Shown one piece after another: positions 19,099 to 28,453 of a DNA stretch of 64,000 nt. Both the position numbers and the translations under genes were made by a program. The DNA comes from a virus (Duplodnaviria > Caudoviricetes). Below the pieces are notes generated by a model. That model saw only the letters and a list, made by a program, of their open reading frames with translations. It did no database searches and was not told the origin of the DNA. Numbering within the stretch: the stretch's first letter is position 1; every line of letters starts with the position of its first letter. The DNA is taken from the IMG/VR virus record IMGVR_UViG_3300028833_000094, positions 1 to 64,000 of that record. One strand, given 5' to 3'.

Positions 19099-19803
19099 TT
19101 ATACTTCTTGAAACCACTCTATGCCATAACCATTCTGACCAATCAGGATACTATTTATCTGATTCCATATATCAGAAGGCATGTTTGTCCTTGTCCTTGC
19201 ATACCATGAAGGATGCCTTATCCTAATGACATGATTGAACCTGGTGTTTATATAAGGCTCAAATGACTGTGCATCAGTTCCCATCAGGACATAGACAATA
19301 CCTGTGAGATACTTTGAGAGATTGGTGAGCAAAGTCTTAATGAAAGGTCTCCACATTAGCCTATGACTGCCTGGCTTGCCAACCTCACAGGAAAGTGCTG
19401 AATTTAATAACAGCACCCCCTGTACTTCCCACTTCTCCAAACTTGCGTCAAAGTTAATATTTCCATGTGGAAGGGTAGGGTTGATTACAGATTCCCTTAG
19501 GATTTCTAATGACGGAGAAAATAAATTCTCTGGAGTATCTGATGAATTGGCAAAGGCAAGACCTGTAGCTACAGGGATTCTTGATGGAGAACCATCAAGC
19601 ACTGTGGCTTTAAGATTATTATAAGGGTCTTGACCCAAGATGACTACTCGGAGACTATTGTAAGGACACAGGTGGAAGGCTTTAAAAATATTTTTGAGAT
19701 TAGGACAGATGACTGGATAGACTGCTAACTTCTTCAGGATTCTTTCTGCTTCTTTCAGGTCAATGACCTTTGACCATTCTCCAAAGTATTCCTCAATTGT
19801 CAT
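19099..19803 (-). CDS. ung: Uracil-DNA glycosylase family 1
   Basis: ILGQDPY, GLAF, SPSL, GVLLLN, HPS. Confidence 0.95.
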   Translation of the reverse strand: MTIEEYFGEWSKVIDLKEAERILKKLAVYPVICPNLKNIFKAFHLCPYNSLRVVILGQDPYNNLKATVLDGSPSRIPVATGLAFANSSDTPENLFSPSLEILRESVINPTLPHGNINFDASLEKWEVQGVLLLNSALSCEVGKPGSHRLMWRPFIKTLLTNLSKYLTGIVYVLMGTDAQSFEPYINTRFNHVIRIRHPSWYARTRTNMPSDIWNQINSILIGQNGYGIEWFQEV

Positions 19804-20531
19804 GGCTTAATCTCCTCTATATAGTCTCTGGCTATCTGAAGCAAATCATTGTCTGTAACAGATACAGAAGGATATTTTACCTGTTTCAGGATAAATGGAG
19901 ACACATCTATTTCAATCTTGATATTATAGCTGCCACTATATCTGATAACAGAATCAGTAATTTGGGGATTTACCCTTCTTATACTCAATATTTCCATTGG
20001 AAACTTCTTGGCAATAAATCTCTCCATAGGATTTGACTGAGCCTGAAAACAGTCAGGACTGATTCTTATCAGGGGTCTTTCAAAGAAATAATCATAAGTC
20101 CTATCTTCAGAAGTGCTTGGTCTTCTCAATATCTGCCAGGAGCATATCATAACAGGCTTCAGATTTTCATCAAAGACTGCCCCATGTGTACCATAATACT
20201 TAAAAGGAGGATCGCCTGGTATGCCCAATTCTATAAGATGTGTATCATTACATTCAACAAGAACATCCTTCATATACCTGTTCAGGGTAACATAGTTAGG
20301 CTTTGTTCCCATTGAATATAGAGGTGCTACAAGCATATCCATGTCAGGATGCTTTTCTATATTCTTACTGAAAGCATCTAAGGCAAATACTGGGAGTTCA
20401 AAGGTATCACCGATAAGAATCTCCAGATACTTAATGGAAGTAGTTTTGCTATTTCCGTTCCTATTATAATGCCTTCTGTATGTCCAATTATCATATATCC
20501 TGCTTATTACTGTACTATAATCTAAAGCCAT
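19800..20531 (-). CDS. Hypothetical protein coupled to the E1 gene
   Basis: 243 aa; start overlaps E1 stop, stop overlaps ung start. Confidence 0.75.
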   Translation of the reverse strand: MALDYSTVISRIYDNWTYRRHYNRNGNSKTTSIKYLEILIGDTFELPVFALDAFSKNIEKHPDMDMLVAPLYSMGTKPNYVTLNRYMKDVLVECNDTHLIELGIPGDPPFKYYGTHGAVFDENLKPVMICSWQILRRPSTSEDRTYDYFFERPLIRISPDCFQAQSNPMERFIAKKFPMEILSIRRVNPQITDSVIRYSGSYNIKIEIDVSPFILKQVKYPSVSVTDNDLLQIARDYIEEIKP

Positions 20532-21724
20532 CAGTACTCAGTTTTAAATATCATATTCTGTGCATCATACTCAGTAAAGAAGGGAAGGTCATAAGGAATC
20601 ACTGGATTTAACTGATTGGCTACAAAGTTTGTGAAGAGATTAGTCATCAATGAGCTAATCATACAAGCAAGATAAGTGGTTTGCTTCATGGAACATACAG
20701 TCTCATCAGCTTCATCATCTGAGAAGAGATAGTTATTGGAATACCTTGCCATATTAGCAGTATCATCACCTGTAATGCAGAAGATTTGCAATGTATCTAT
20801 TGAGAGTCTGCCGTCCAGGAAGAGACATTTCTTCTTCTCTTCTTCAGGCTTAGACTCTACATGAGCTAACCATTGCCTGTAGAAGGTTCCTCTTGCTTCC
20901 ATATTATCAAAGCCGCACATCATTATATCAGAAGCCTCACTATTAGCTGTGAATTTCTCTGGTACAGCCATTACATGCTCTGTAGTAGTAAAATTATAAA
21001 TCTTATTTGCTACTGCATTTACCTTGAATTCACCTACATCTGTATGAGCAAACAACTGACCTGACATATTAGCCCTTTCCACCTCATCATCATCATATAA
21101 GGTAATGGCATCAGGATGCATCCTTGCTATCTGGAAAGCCAAGTTACTACCAATGCCTCCCATTCCTGCTATGATGATACGCTTCCTTTGGATTTCATTA
21201 TACCATTCAGTACCAGAGAATCTGGAAGTAGCATCATTCATTAATAAGGTAGGAGAATTAGGCTGAATTAGGGGAGATTCCTGAGGTTGCTGTGCCACAG
21301 CAACAGACTCTACAGATTCTGTACCAGAGGGTCTTTCTTCTACTCTTACAAGATTAAGATGTTGTACAGGTTCTCCATTGATTGATGCCCTGAATTCTCT
21401 GCCTCCTTCTAAAAGAGAATCATCAAGATGAACTGTTAATCCTCTGACAGACTCTGGATTGAATTCCATTAGTTCTTCAGTATTCTCTTCTACTTCCTCC
21501 TCTCTCCCTTCTTCATCTTCATCATCCTCCTCTACAATCTCTGCTTCCTGAACTTCAGAGAAACCTAAATCAGAAAGAATATCATCAAAGTCATTCTCTG
21601 ACAGTTCCTGAGTAGAAGACTCTGTAGGCTCTGTGATAGGTTCTGTAGAGGGAAGATTCTCTGTGGCAGACTGTGGTTCATCATCAAAGCCTAAGGAATT
21701 GAGCCATTCATCAATGTTATTCAT
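20531..21724 (-). CDS. E1/ThiF-family adenylyltransferase with acidic N-terminal extension
   Basis: IAGMGGIGS, DDDEVERANMSGQ, G.FK, FDN..AR, DGR; candidate catalytic Cys in ETVCSMKQ. Confidence 0.92.
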   Translation of the reverse strand: MNNIDEWLNSLGFDDEPQSATENLPSTEPITEPTESSTQELSENDFDDILSDLGFSEVQEAEIVEEDDEDEEGREEEVEENTEELMEFNPESVRGLTVHLDDSLLEGGREFRASINGEPVQHLNLVRVEERPSGTESVESVAVAQQPQESPLIQPNSPTLLMNDATSRFSGTEWYNEIQRKRIIIAGMGGIGSNLAFQIARMHPDAITLYDDDEVERANMSGQLFAHTDVGEFKVNAVANKIYNFTTTEHVMAVPEKFTANSEASDIMMCGFDNMEARGTFYRQWLAHVESKPEEEKKKCLFLDGRLSIDTLQIFCITGDDTANMARYSNNYLFSDDEADETVCSMKQTTYLACMISSLMTNLFTNFVANQLNPVIPYDLPFFTEYDAQNMIFKTEY

Positions 21725-22958
21725 ACATATAACGGTTTAAAACTTCCTTATACTGCTCGATAAAAGGGTTCTCTGGATAGTTATAAAGCTGTCTGTACAT
21801 GGCTGCTGCTATCTTTCCAAGATAAAGGTCATAGTCATTATAGAGTTCTGCAGGAACTTCTAGATCATCATACCTGTCCAAGAGAAACTCTACAATAAAT
21901 TCCTTCCAGTTATCAAAGCTTATAGTTGCATTACCAAAGATTTCAGCATACTTCTTATTCATGTGACGGACAATCCATTGCTTAAGGTCAATATCCTTAT
22001 TGACAATCAAAGAACAGGTAACCATCTGACAAACCAAATGATGGATAAGGTCAGGGTCTGGTTCCCAATCTTCGGCAGGAACTTCCAAATCCTTCATAGT
22101 GTCATCATCAAAGAGATTCTGTTCCTTACACTGTTCTTTAGGTAGAGGATAGAAAGCTTCATTGATTTCAGCAGACTTGTTCCTATTAGAATGAATCCAA
22201 CTGTAGAAGTCTTCATCTCTTTCCTCTTCTCTGTTGTTGTTACTGGTATTACTTAGGAACACCTGACTTTTTGTCTCAGATTTCTTAAGATTCTCAATCT
22301 CTTCAAATCTCTTGTCAAGGAAAGTAAATGGATTATCTGCTATCTCACGCTCTACATCAAGCATGAAATATTCAATAGAAGTAGTCTCTACCTCTTCCTC
22401 TCTCCCCACATCTCCTCCAGTCAATTGCTTGGGACCATCACCAAAGAATTCATAGGAAGAGCCCAAATATTCTGTGAAAACATTCTTCTTCTCCTGAACC
22501 TTACGAGTAATAGCAGCACAATATGTACCTGCATTATTGACGATGAGAGAGACAAAGCAATTAGTATCGTCTCCTTCACTCTGAAGAGTAGCAGTATCAG
22601 TACCTGAGAAGAAGCAGCTCATCTGATTGTGGGAATGGATGAGGCCCATATCACAGTTGAAGAGGTCAATATTATCTGCTATATAGCCTGCTATAGTCTC
22701 ATCATTGCGAAACTTAGTATAAGTAGCAGAACCTAAATCCATCGGATAGATATCCTCACAATGGATTTCAAGATTGTTGTCTTCAAAATTGCCCGTATGA
22801 GTATAAAATAAGATTCCTGACCATTCAAGTGTGGGAAACTTATTGCAGAGATACCTGATTTTCTCTTCTACCTTCTTAGGTACAAAGAGCTTATAGGTAG
22901 CAGACTGTTTGATGAGTGGAGGCAGTGGTGCTGCCTTGCTGGGAATTATTGTGTCCAT
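21717..22958 (-). CDS. JAB/JAMM (MPN+) metallopeptidase
   Basis: EWSG...IHSHNQMSCFFSGTD matches E-xn-HxH-x7-S-x2-D. Confidence 0.9.
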   Translation of the reverse strand: MDTIIPSKAAPLPPLIKQSATYKLFVPKKVEEKIRYLCNKFPTLEWSGILFYTHTGNFEDNNLEIHCEDIYPMDLGSATYTKFRNDETIAGYIADNIDLFNCDMGLIHSHNQMSCFFSGTDTATLQSEGDDTNCFVSLIVNNAGTYCAAITRKVQEKKNVFTEYLGSSYEFFGDGPKQLTGGDVGREEEVETTSIEYFMLDVEREIADNPFTFLDKRFEEIENLKKSETKSQVFLSNTSNNNREEERDEDFYSWIHSNRNKSAEINEAFYPLPKEQCKEQNLFDDDTMKDLEVPAEDWEPDPDLIHHLVCQMVTCSLIVNKDIDLKQWIVRHMNKKYAEIFGNATISFDNWKEFIVEFLLDRYDDLEVPAELYNDYDLYLGKIAAAMYRQLYNYPENPFIEQYKEVLNRYMYE

Positions 22959-24093
22959 TTTTATAATGATAATTTATTGTTTGTAAAATGTAATGAAGAA
23001 TACACATGGCTATCTTGTGACTGAGCAATACCACTAAAGCCTGTTCATCAGGGCCATTACCATGAGCAATATGGAGAGTTATAGCCCTTCCTTTGAAATC
23101 AAGTATGTATTGTCCTTCATACTGAGTATAGTTTACATGCTCATATCTACTAGACTTATAGAACTTGCCTTGTTTGGCTGTTACATTCAACAGTACTTCT
23201 GAATCATATAGTGCATTGACCATTTCAGGAGTACCATGCTGATTAACCCATTCTATGAAAGCATTGGAGATAGAGACCATATAGTCAAAATAAGGAAGGC
23301 CACATACAAATTCTCCTTTATTAAAACCAAAGGGTAATCTATTCAAAGAAATATAGTATTCAATAAAGTCTCCTAAGATATCTTCCAAGTCAAATCCATA
23401 ACTGCCCATCCATCTGGTCTCTCTATCCAAGTGGTTATAGGTTTCTTCTGAATACTTGCTGGTATATAGATATCCTGAAGAAGATATTTCTTCAAGCCTT
23501 ATATAAGGACCACCATTCAAAGACTCAACTGTGACATAGAGAGACAGTTCCTGACAGAAAAGCATCCATAGGGCTTCTTCTGAATTGTTCTTCAAGTCAA
23601 GGATAGTATGACGGATAGGGCCTCTTCCAAGACAAGGATTCTGAAAGCATACATTTCTCCAATCTAATCTTGGTACATGAGAATGGACATACCTTGTATT
23701 GAACTGCTGTTCAGAGAAGGTAGACCTTACTAGCTGGAATCCAGTATTCTCATAGGGAATATGTCCTTCCATAGTAATGACTATCTTTGCATAGAGGTCT
23801 TGAATATCCACAAATTTATCATGTTCATTGGTTACCCTTACATTAGGCCACCAAACAAATATAGTGGCTCTGACATCATTAAATCTTGACCTGAATCTTT
23901 CATAGTCACTATCACTAATTTCATATAAATCAGATTCAACCTTAAATCGTTCTAGTATCTCTGATAAATCTTCATTTGAAAGAAGCCCCTGTAAGTCTAC
24001 ATATCTTTCATCAAAGAAGTTCTTGAATACCTCATAGACATCATAGACAGGACTGAAGAGTTTCTGCCTTAATTCATTAATTGTATATTGCAT
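22891..24093 (-). CDS. Prokaryotic E2-like (UBC-fold) protein
   Basis: YVHSHV...NPCLGRGP resembles the E2 HP(N/H)...CL catalytic signature; lies between Ubl and JAB genes. Confidence 0.7.
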   Translation of the reverse strand: MQYTINELRQKLFSPVYDVYEVFKNFFDERYVDLQGLLSNEDLSEILERFKVESDLYEISDSDYERFRSRFNDVRATIFVWWPNVRVTNEHDKFVDIQDLYAKIVITMEGHIPYENTGFQLVRSTFSEQQFNTRYVHSHVPRLDWRNVCFQNPCLGRGPIRHTILDLKNNSEEALWMLFCQELSLYVTVESLNGGPYIRLEEISSSGYLYTSKYSEETYNHLDRETRWMGSYGFDLEDILGDFIEYYISLNRLPFGFNKGEFVCGLPYFDYMVSISNAFIEWVNQHGTPEMVNALYDSEVLLNVTAKQGKFYKSSRYEHVNYTQYEGQYILDFKGRAITLHIAHGNGPDEQALVVLLSHKIAMCILHYILQTINYHYKNGHNNSQQGSTTASTHQTVCYL

Positions 24094-24139
24094 ACTATTG
24101 GTTTTTAGTTGACATAGCATGTCAACATACTAAGTAAAA

Positions 24140-24178
24140 TAAAAAAGAGGGGAACAGAGTAAATACCCCATTCCCCCA
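24140..24178 (-). terminator. Possible intrinsic terminator/attenuator after the Ubl gene
   Basis: Minus strand GGGGAATGGGGTA...TACTCTGTTCCCC hairpin followed by T-run. Confidence 0.55.
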
Positions 24179-24198
24179 GACACAATCAATATTAACCC

Positions 24199-24855
24199 TT
24201 AAAGATTGGCAATCATGTCATCAATATCAGCATCAGAGATAGTAGGAGTAGCCTCATGGAGACGGTTAGCAAGCTCAGTGATAAGTTCATTGAGGACATA
24301 TACATCCTCAGTATAGAAAGAACCATCAGTCAGAAGAGCCTTGATGCCATCATAAATCCAGTTGACTGTATTAGCATGAGGAGCAGTCCTTACCTGAGGA
24401 ATACCAGTCTCCTCTTCAATATCTTCTTCATCATCCAATTCATGGGCAAAAGCCTCTGCTCTCTCAATCATGTAAGCAAGGTCAGCATTGCCTACCATAG
24501 TGTAGTTCTTGCCGAACTCTTCCTTGATGCTATCCTGGATGCCCAGTTCCTTAATCTTAGCATAGAGTTCCTTACGGTTCAAGAAGGCACCTGAAGCAAT
24601 TTGCTTGTTAGGATTAGTGAGCAGCATAACCAGGTTGTTGGTAGGCTGTCCCTTATACATTACATTCGTAGGAAGGAGAGAATCACGGGTAAGCAACTGA
24701 GTCTTAGAGATGCCTTCAGTAAAGGTCATGCCAGAGAAATCAATTCCCTGTTCAATCATCTGGTCCTGAAGTTCACCAAGAGTGGTGGCATTGGTTTCAA
24801 TACTGTAGCGACGCTGAGTTTTGTTGTTAGCAATAATAATGGTACGATTCTCCAT
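24199..24855 (-). CDS. Ubiquitin-like (beta-grasp) domain fused to a C-terminal helical/acidic domain
   Basis: Strand-strand-helix pattern RTIII..RYSIET.ATTLGELQ, final strand LVMLL then KQIASG (Gly89); first gene of the E2-JAB-E1 cluster. Confidence 0.7.
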   Translation of the reverse strand: MENRTIIIANNKTQRRYSIETNATTLGELQDQMIEQGIDFSGMTFTEGISKTQLLTRDSLLPTNVMYKGQPTNNLVMLLTNPNKQIASGAFLNRKELYAKIKELGIQDSIKEEFGKNYTMVGNADLAYMIERAEAFAHELDDEEDIEEETGIPQVRTAPHANTVNWIYDGIKALLTDGSFYTEDVYVLNELITELANRLHEATPTISDADIDDMIANL

Positions 24856-24875
24856 AATGTTTTAAACGTTTAAAA

Positions 24876-25883
24876 TTAATGAAATAAATTCTCTAATTGT
24901 TTGAAATCTTCTTTGTTTTTAAGGGACTTGAAATAGTCGGAAAAATCCTTCTTTCCCTTTAAGTCAGGCACAATATAAGGAAAGCCTGTTTGCCGAGAGA
25001 GTTTCTTGGCATCTTCAATACCTGGTGCATCCACATCATAGCAGATAAATATCTTCTTATATCTTCTCTTAAGTTCATTGACAGCAGTCTGACTGATGCC
25101 ATATCCTTCTCCCTGAGGAGCAATAGCAGGAATATGCAACTGACAAGAGATGCAAAGGGCATCCTTCAGACTACTGCAAATGATTAATCTATCACCATAT
25201 TCAGGAACCTTAGTCCATAAGGAGATAACTGATGAATCCATTTTCATACACCACTTATACTTCTTATTAAATGGCTGATAAATCTTGAGACTAAGGCTTC
25301 CATCCTTTCTTTCTGTAAAACAGTAGGCATGTTTATCTGCAGGGAAAATGTACTTATGGGATTTACCAGTTTCTTTATCCTTTTTAGTAATAATCTTATG
25401 AGAGATGGGATACACTTCAGCATATTTGAGCCATTGCTTCTCTATTCCATAAGAAGCCCAATATTCATAGTCATAATCTCTCCAAGGGCGGACAGCTACC
25501 TGAAGTTTGGTCAATTCAGAAGTTTCCTTACGTGTAAGAGTCTTAATCTGCTTATGCTTTACAGTGACATCAGAGCCTTCCTGCTTTTGCATGACCTCCA
25601 ATATCCTGTCAAATACCTGATGGAAGGTACAGTTCCATTTCTTACACAATAAATCCAACAGACTACCTTTGGTTTCACTCTCCCCAAAGTCCTTATATCG
25701 GATATGTTTATCTTTATCAAGATATATGCCAAAAGAAGGATTGCTGTCTCTCCTAAATGGAGAAGAGATTTTACACGGGATACTTGTTATCTCAGGAAAT
25801 ACTGCGGTAAGTATCTGGACTTCAGAATACTTCTCAAACAGTTCTGAGACTGTGATGCTGGATGATGTCTTGCCTACTATCAT
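24876..25883 (-). CDS. dnaG: DNA primase (crAss-type, TOPRIM)
   Basis: SPFRRDSNPSF..Y..KDFG, SSLKD, YDVDAPG, KDFSD. Confidence 0.88.
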   Translation of the reverse strand: MIVGKTSSSITVSELFEKYSEVQILTAVFPEITSIPCKISSPFRRDSNPSFGIYLDKDKHIRYKDFGESETKGSLLDLLCKKWNCTFHQVFDRILEVMQKQEGSDVTVKHKQIKTLTRKETSELTKLQVAVRPWRDYDYEYWASYGIEKQWLKYAEVYPISHKIITKKDKETGKSHKYIFPADKHAYCFTERKDGSLSLKIYQPFNKKYKWCMKMDSSVISLWTKVPEYGDRLIICSSLKDALCISCQLHIPAIAPQGEGYGISQTAVNELKRRYKKIFICYDVDAPGIEDAKKLSRQTGFPYIVPDLKGKKDFSDYFKSLKNKEDFKQLENLFH

Positions 25884-25924
25884 AAGATATTACTAAAAAG
25901 GGTTAGAAATGGGATGGAATACTA

Positions 25925-26908
25925 TTAATCCCAGGGCATTTCATTTGCTGCAAAGGGAAGTTCTTCCTGAGGTTTCTCCAGATTGGTAGGTTCTACAGAA
26001 TATTCCTGGAGTTCCTGTACACGATAGTCAATATTACTGTACAATCCACTCTGCTTAGCCCTTACAATATCACTCTCAAGCTTTGCAATAGCCTTGGCAT
26101 TAGGATTCTTATACAGAACAGTATCATAGCCAGTGCATACAGCCTGATACTGCTTACCTTCATTATTGGTACGGATACCATAGAGAAGAGTTACAGCAAG
26201 AGGCTTAATCTTCTTCTTGTTCTCAATCTCATTCCAGAGAACAGATACATCACCCTTGAAGAAGCTATCAAAATCACTCTTGTCAAGAGCCAGCATGTGG
26301 TTCTCATATACCAGTACATCATCCTTCTCAGCCTCTTCCTTGGTGAGTTCATTGATATGCTTCATCTTCTTCAGAAGGAAGGAACCATTGACATATTCAA
26401 AGGCATTAGGAATCAAGAGATACTTGCGGAGGAAATCAACCAGTTCAGGCTCACCCTTATAGGCAATGCGATACTGGGCAATCTTAGCATTACCACCAGA
26501 AGAAAGAGTAGGCTGCTTATGATTATTTGCATCCTCAGCATTCATCCAGAGAGAATTACCATAGGCATCAAGCACTCTTACCTTAGAGCCGTCAGCATTG
26601 GCATACTTCTCAGCCCTGATAGTAAAGGTAGCATGAGAAGTGATATCAATACCATTACAAGCTTCTGGAACAGTCTTTACAATAAAATCAAGACGGGCCC
26701 ACTTAACACCAGTCTGCTCATCAGTACCAAAATACTGTGGTTCATTTTGTACCTCACGGCCATAAATCTCTTCAAGCTGCTTCTTAGTAGGATTGAGGGC
26801 AATAATATCAGACTGGCCTAATCCAATGTAACGCTTGAACTCTGTAGTCTTAGTCTCCGCTGTCTTACCAATGGTAAGAAAACTAAAAGAATTAATTGTT
26901 TTGTCCAT
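25925..26908 (-). CDS. Single-stranded DNA-binding protein (crAss-type), putative
   Basis: YIGLG..IIALNPTK, RLDF; acidic aromatic tail ELPF...EMPWD; position between ATPase and primase. Confidence 0.65.
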   Translation of the reverse strand: MDKTINSFSFLTIGKTAETKTTEFKRYIGLGQSDIIALNPTKKQLEEIYGREVQNEPQYFGTDEQTGVKWARLDFIVKTVPEACNGIDITSHATFTIRAEKYANADGSKVRVLDAYGNSLWMNAEDANNHKQPTLSSGGNAKIAQYRIAYKGEPELVDFLRKYLLIPNAFEYVNGSFLLKKMKHINELTKEEAEKDDVLVYENHMLALDKSDFDSFFKGDVSVLWNEIENKKKIKPLAVTLLYGIRTNNEGKQYQAVCTGYDTVLYKNPNAKAIAKLESDIVRAKQSGLYSNIDYRVQELQEYSVEPTNLEKPQEELPFAANEMPWD

Positions 26909-26923
26909 TGTTGTTATACTTTA

Positions 26924-27481
26924 TTAATCATTAAAAAATGGCATTTCATCCTCTACAGAGACAGTCTCTTCAACCAGTTCCTCTGTATTCTCCACATCTG
27001 CATCAAAGTCAGAGCCTGGTACATCTTCTGTGGTAGGAGGCACAATAGTCTCTTCTTCATCAGGAAGAGTAATTACATACTGCTTAGTCTGCTCATCATA
27101 GGCTACAATGTCAGTAGGAAGATACTTAGTTACCACAATAGGCTTACCAGTCTTAGGATCAGTCTTTCCAGTAGGTTCCATTACCTTCTTCACAATGCTT
27201 GTGACATGTACACCCAGCATACTGACAATACCAGTCTCAAACAGTGCAATATCATTCTCCTTATTCTGCATCTGCAGTTCAAGGGAAGCACGTTTCTCTG
27301 CCAGTTCTAACTTAAGGTCTTCCTTCAACTTGGCCAATTTCTCTTCGGCCTTCTTCTTAAACTCTTCATCCAGGCCATCAATCTGAGCCTGAATCTTGTC
27401 TTTCTTACTGATAAGAGGTGCAATTGCCTTGGCAACACTCTTTGCCTGTTGAAATTCTGAATAAGAAATTCTTTTTTCCAT
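26924..27481 (-). CDS. Coiled-coil protein with acidic tail
   Basis: Heptad segment; C-terminal EDEMPFFND. Confidence 0.75.
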   Translation of the reverse strand: MEKRISYSEFQQAKSVAKAIAPLISKKDKIQAQIDGLDEEFKKKAEEKLAKLKEDLKLELAEKRASLELQMQNKENDIALFETGIVSMLGVHVTSIVKKVMEPTGKTDPKTGKPIVVTKYLPTDIVAYDEQTKQYVITLPDEEETIVPPTTEDVPGSDFDADVENTEELVEETVSVEDEMPFFND

Positions 27482-27538
27482 CTTAAAAAATTATTAGTAA
27501 TGTTATTTCTTTGAGTTGCTACAAAGTAGCAACATACT

Positions 27539-28348
27539 CTATTGCTTATCGAGGAATATCTTGGACATATCTACCTTGAGATTACCTTCTTCATCAGATT
27601 CAGCAACCTCAAATATCTTCTCCCTTAGATGGAGTGGGCGAGAGCCCTTGATATTATTATCACCACCTTTAAAAGTCAGGAGAGTCTTGTTACCCTGTCT
27701 GGATACATATCCAATGGCATCTGCTTCACCACAGATGATATCACCAGTCTTACCAGCCAAATCTACTGCCATCTCAGTAGTCTCCTCATCATTTTTTCGG
27801 ATTTGCTTATCCTTTACATGACACACCAGGATAAGAGTATCACAAAGGGGCTGGAACATGTGAATCATCTCCTTAAGAGCATTTCTCATATAAAGATAGC
27901 CTGCACCATTAGGAAGCTGTCTTACATCAGCCTTTGGGTCAGGAACCTTCTTACCATTCTCAATCAGGATATTGCCAACACGGTCTTTCTTATATCCCCA
28001 TGTAGCACCCATTGAAGTCTGGCGATAAAGATGTGCTGCATAAGGAAGAGACATCTCTTCAAGTCTGGTGGCATTATCAATGGTAATAAAGCGATAGAAT
28101 TTCTTTCCTGCTTCCTGATTCTTCTGTTCTATAGCAGTCTTGATATTGAAGATGTCATTAGCACTTCTTGCCTGAACACACATGACATCCAGAGACCTAT
28201 AGCCATCTTCCAAGTCAATGATAAGATTATTCTCAAGAGATGCCATCAAAGAAGACTTGCCTGATTTAGGCTTACCAAACAAGACCATCAATCTTGGGTT
28301 GTAGTCAGTTGCTTTCCTACGTTCTGTAGGCAACACAATGTTACTCAT
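27539..28348 (-). CDS. AAA_24 / Sak4-like ATPase
   Basis: GKPKSGKS Walker A, IIDLEDG, ITIDN, ILVCH, ADAIGY. Confidence 0.88.
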   Translation of the reverse strand: MSNIVLPTERRKATDYNPRLMVLFGKPKSGKSSLMASLENNLIIDLEDGYRSLDVMCVQARSANDIFNIKTAIEQKNQEAGKKFYRFITIDNATRLEEMSLPYAAHLYRQTSMGATWGYKKDRVGNILIENGKKVPDPKADVRQLPNGAGYLYMRNALKEMIHMFQPLCDTLILVCHVKDKQIRKNDEETTEMAVDLAGKTGDIICGEADAIGYVSRQGNKTLLTFKGGDNNIKGSRPLHLREKIFEVAESDEEGNLKVDMSKIFLDKQ

Positions 28349-28384
28349 TTCTTACTTCTACTCTTTTTTAAATGTTAGTAAATG

Positions 28385-28392
28385 CAAAGATA
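28385..28392 (-). promoter_or_regulatory. Bacteroidota -7 promoter element
   Basis: TATCTTTG (TAnnTTTG) on minus strand upstream of ATPase gene. Confidence 0.6.
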
Positions 28393-28453
28393 GCCGCCTC
28401 AGGAGAGACAGCCATCTTACTTAAATTCTTGATATGAAAATTGAAGAGGGTTA

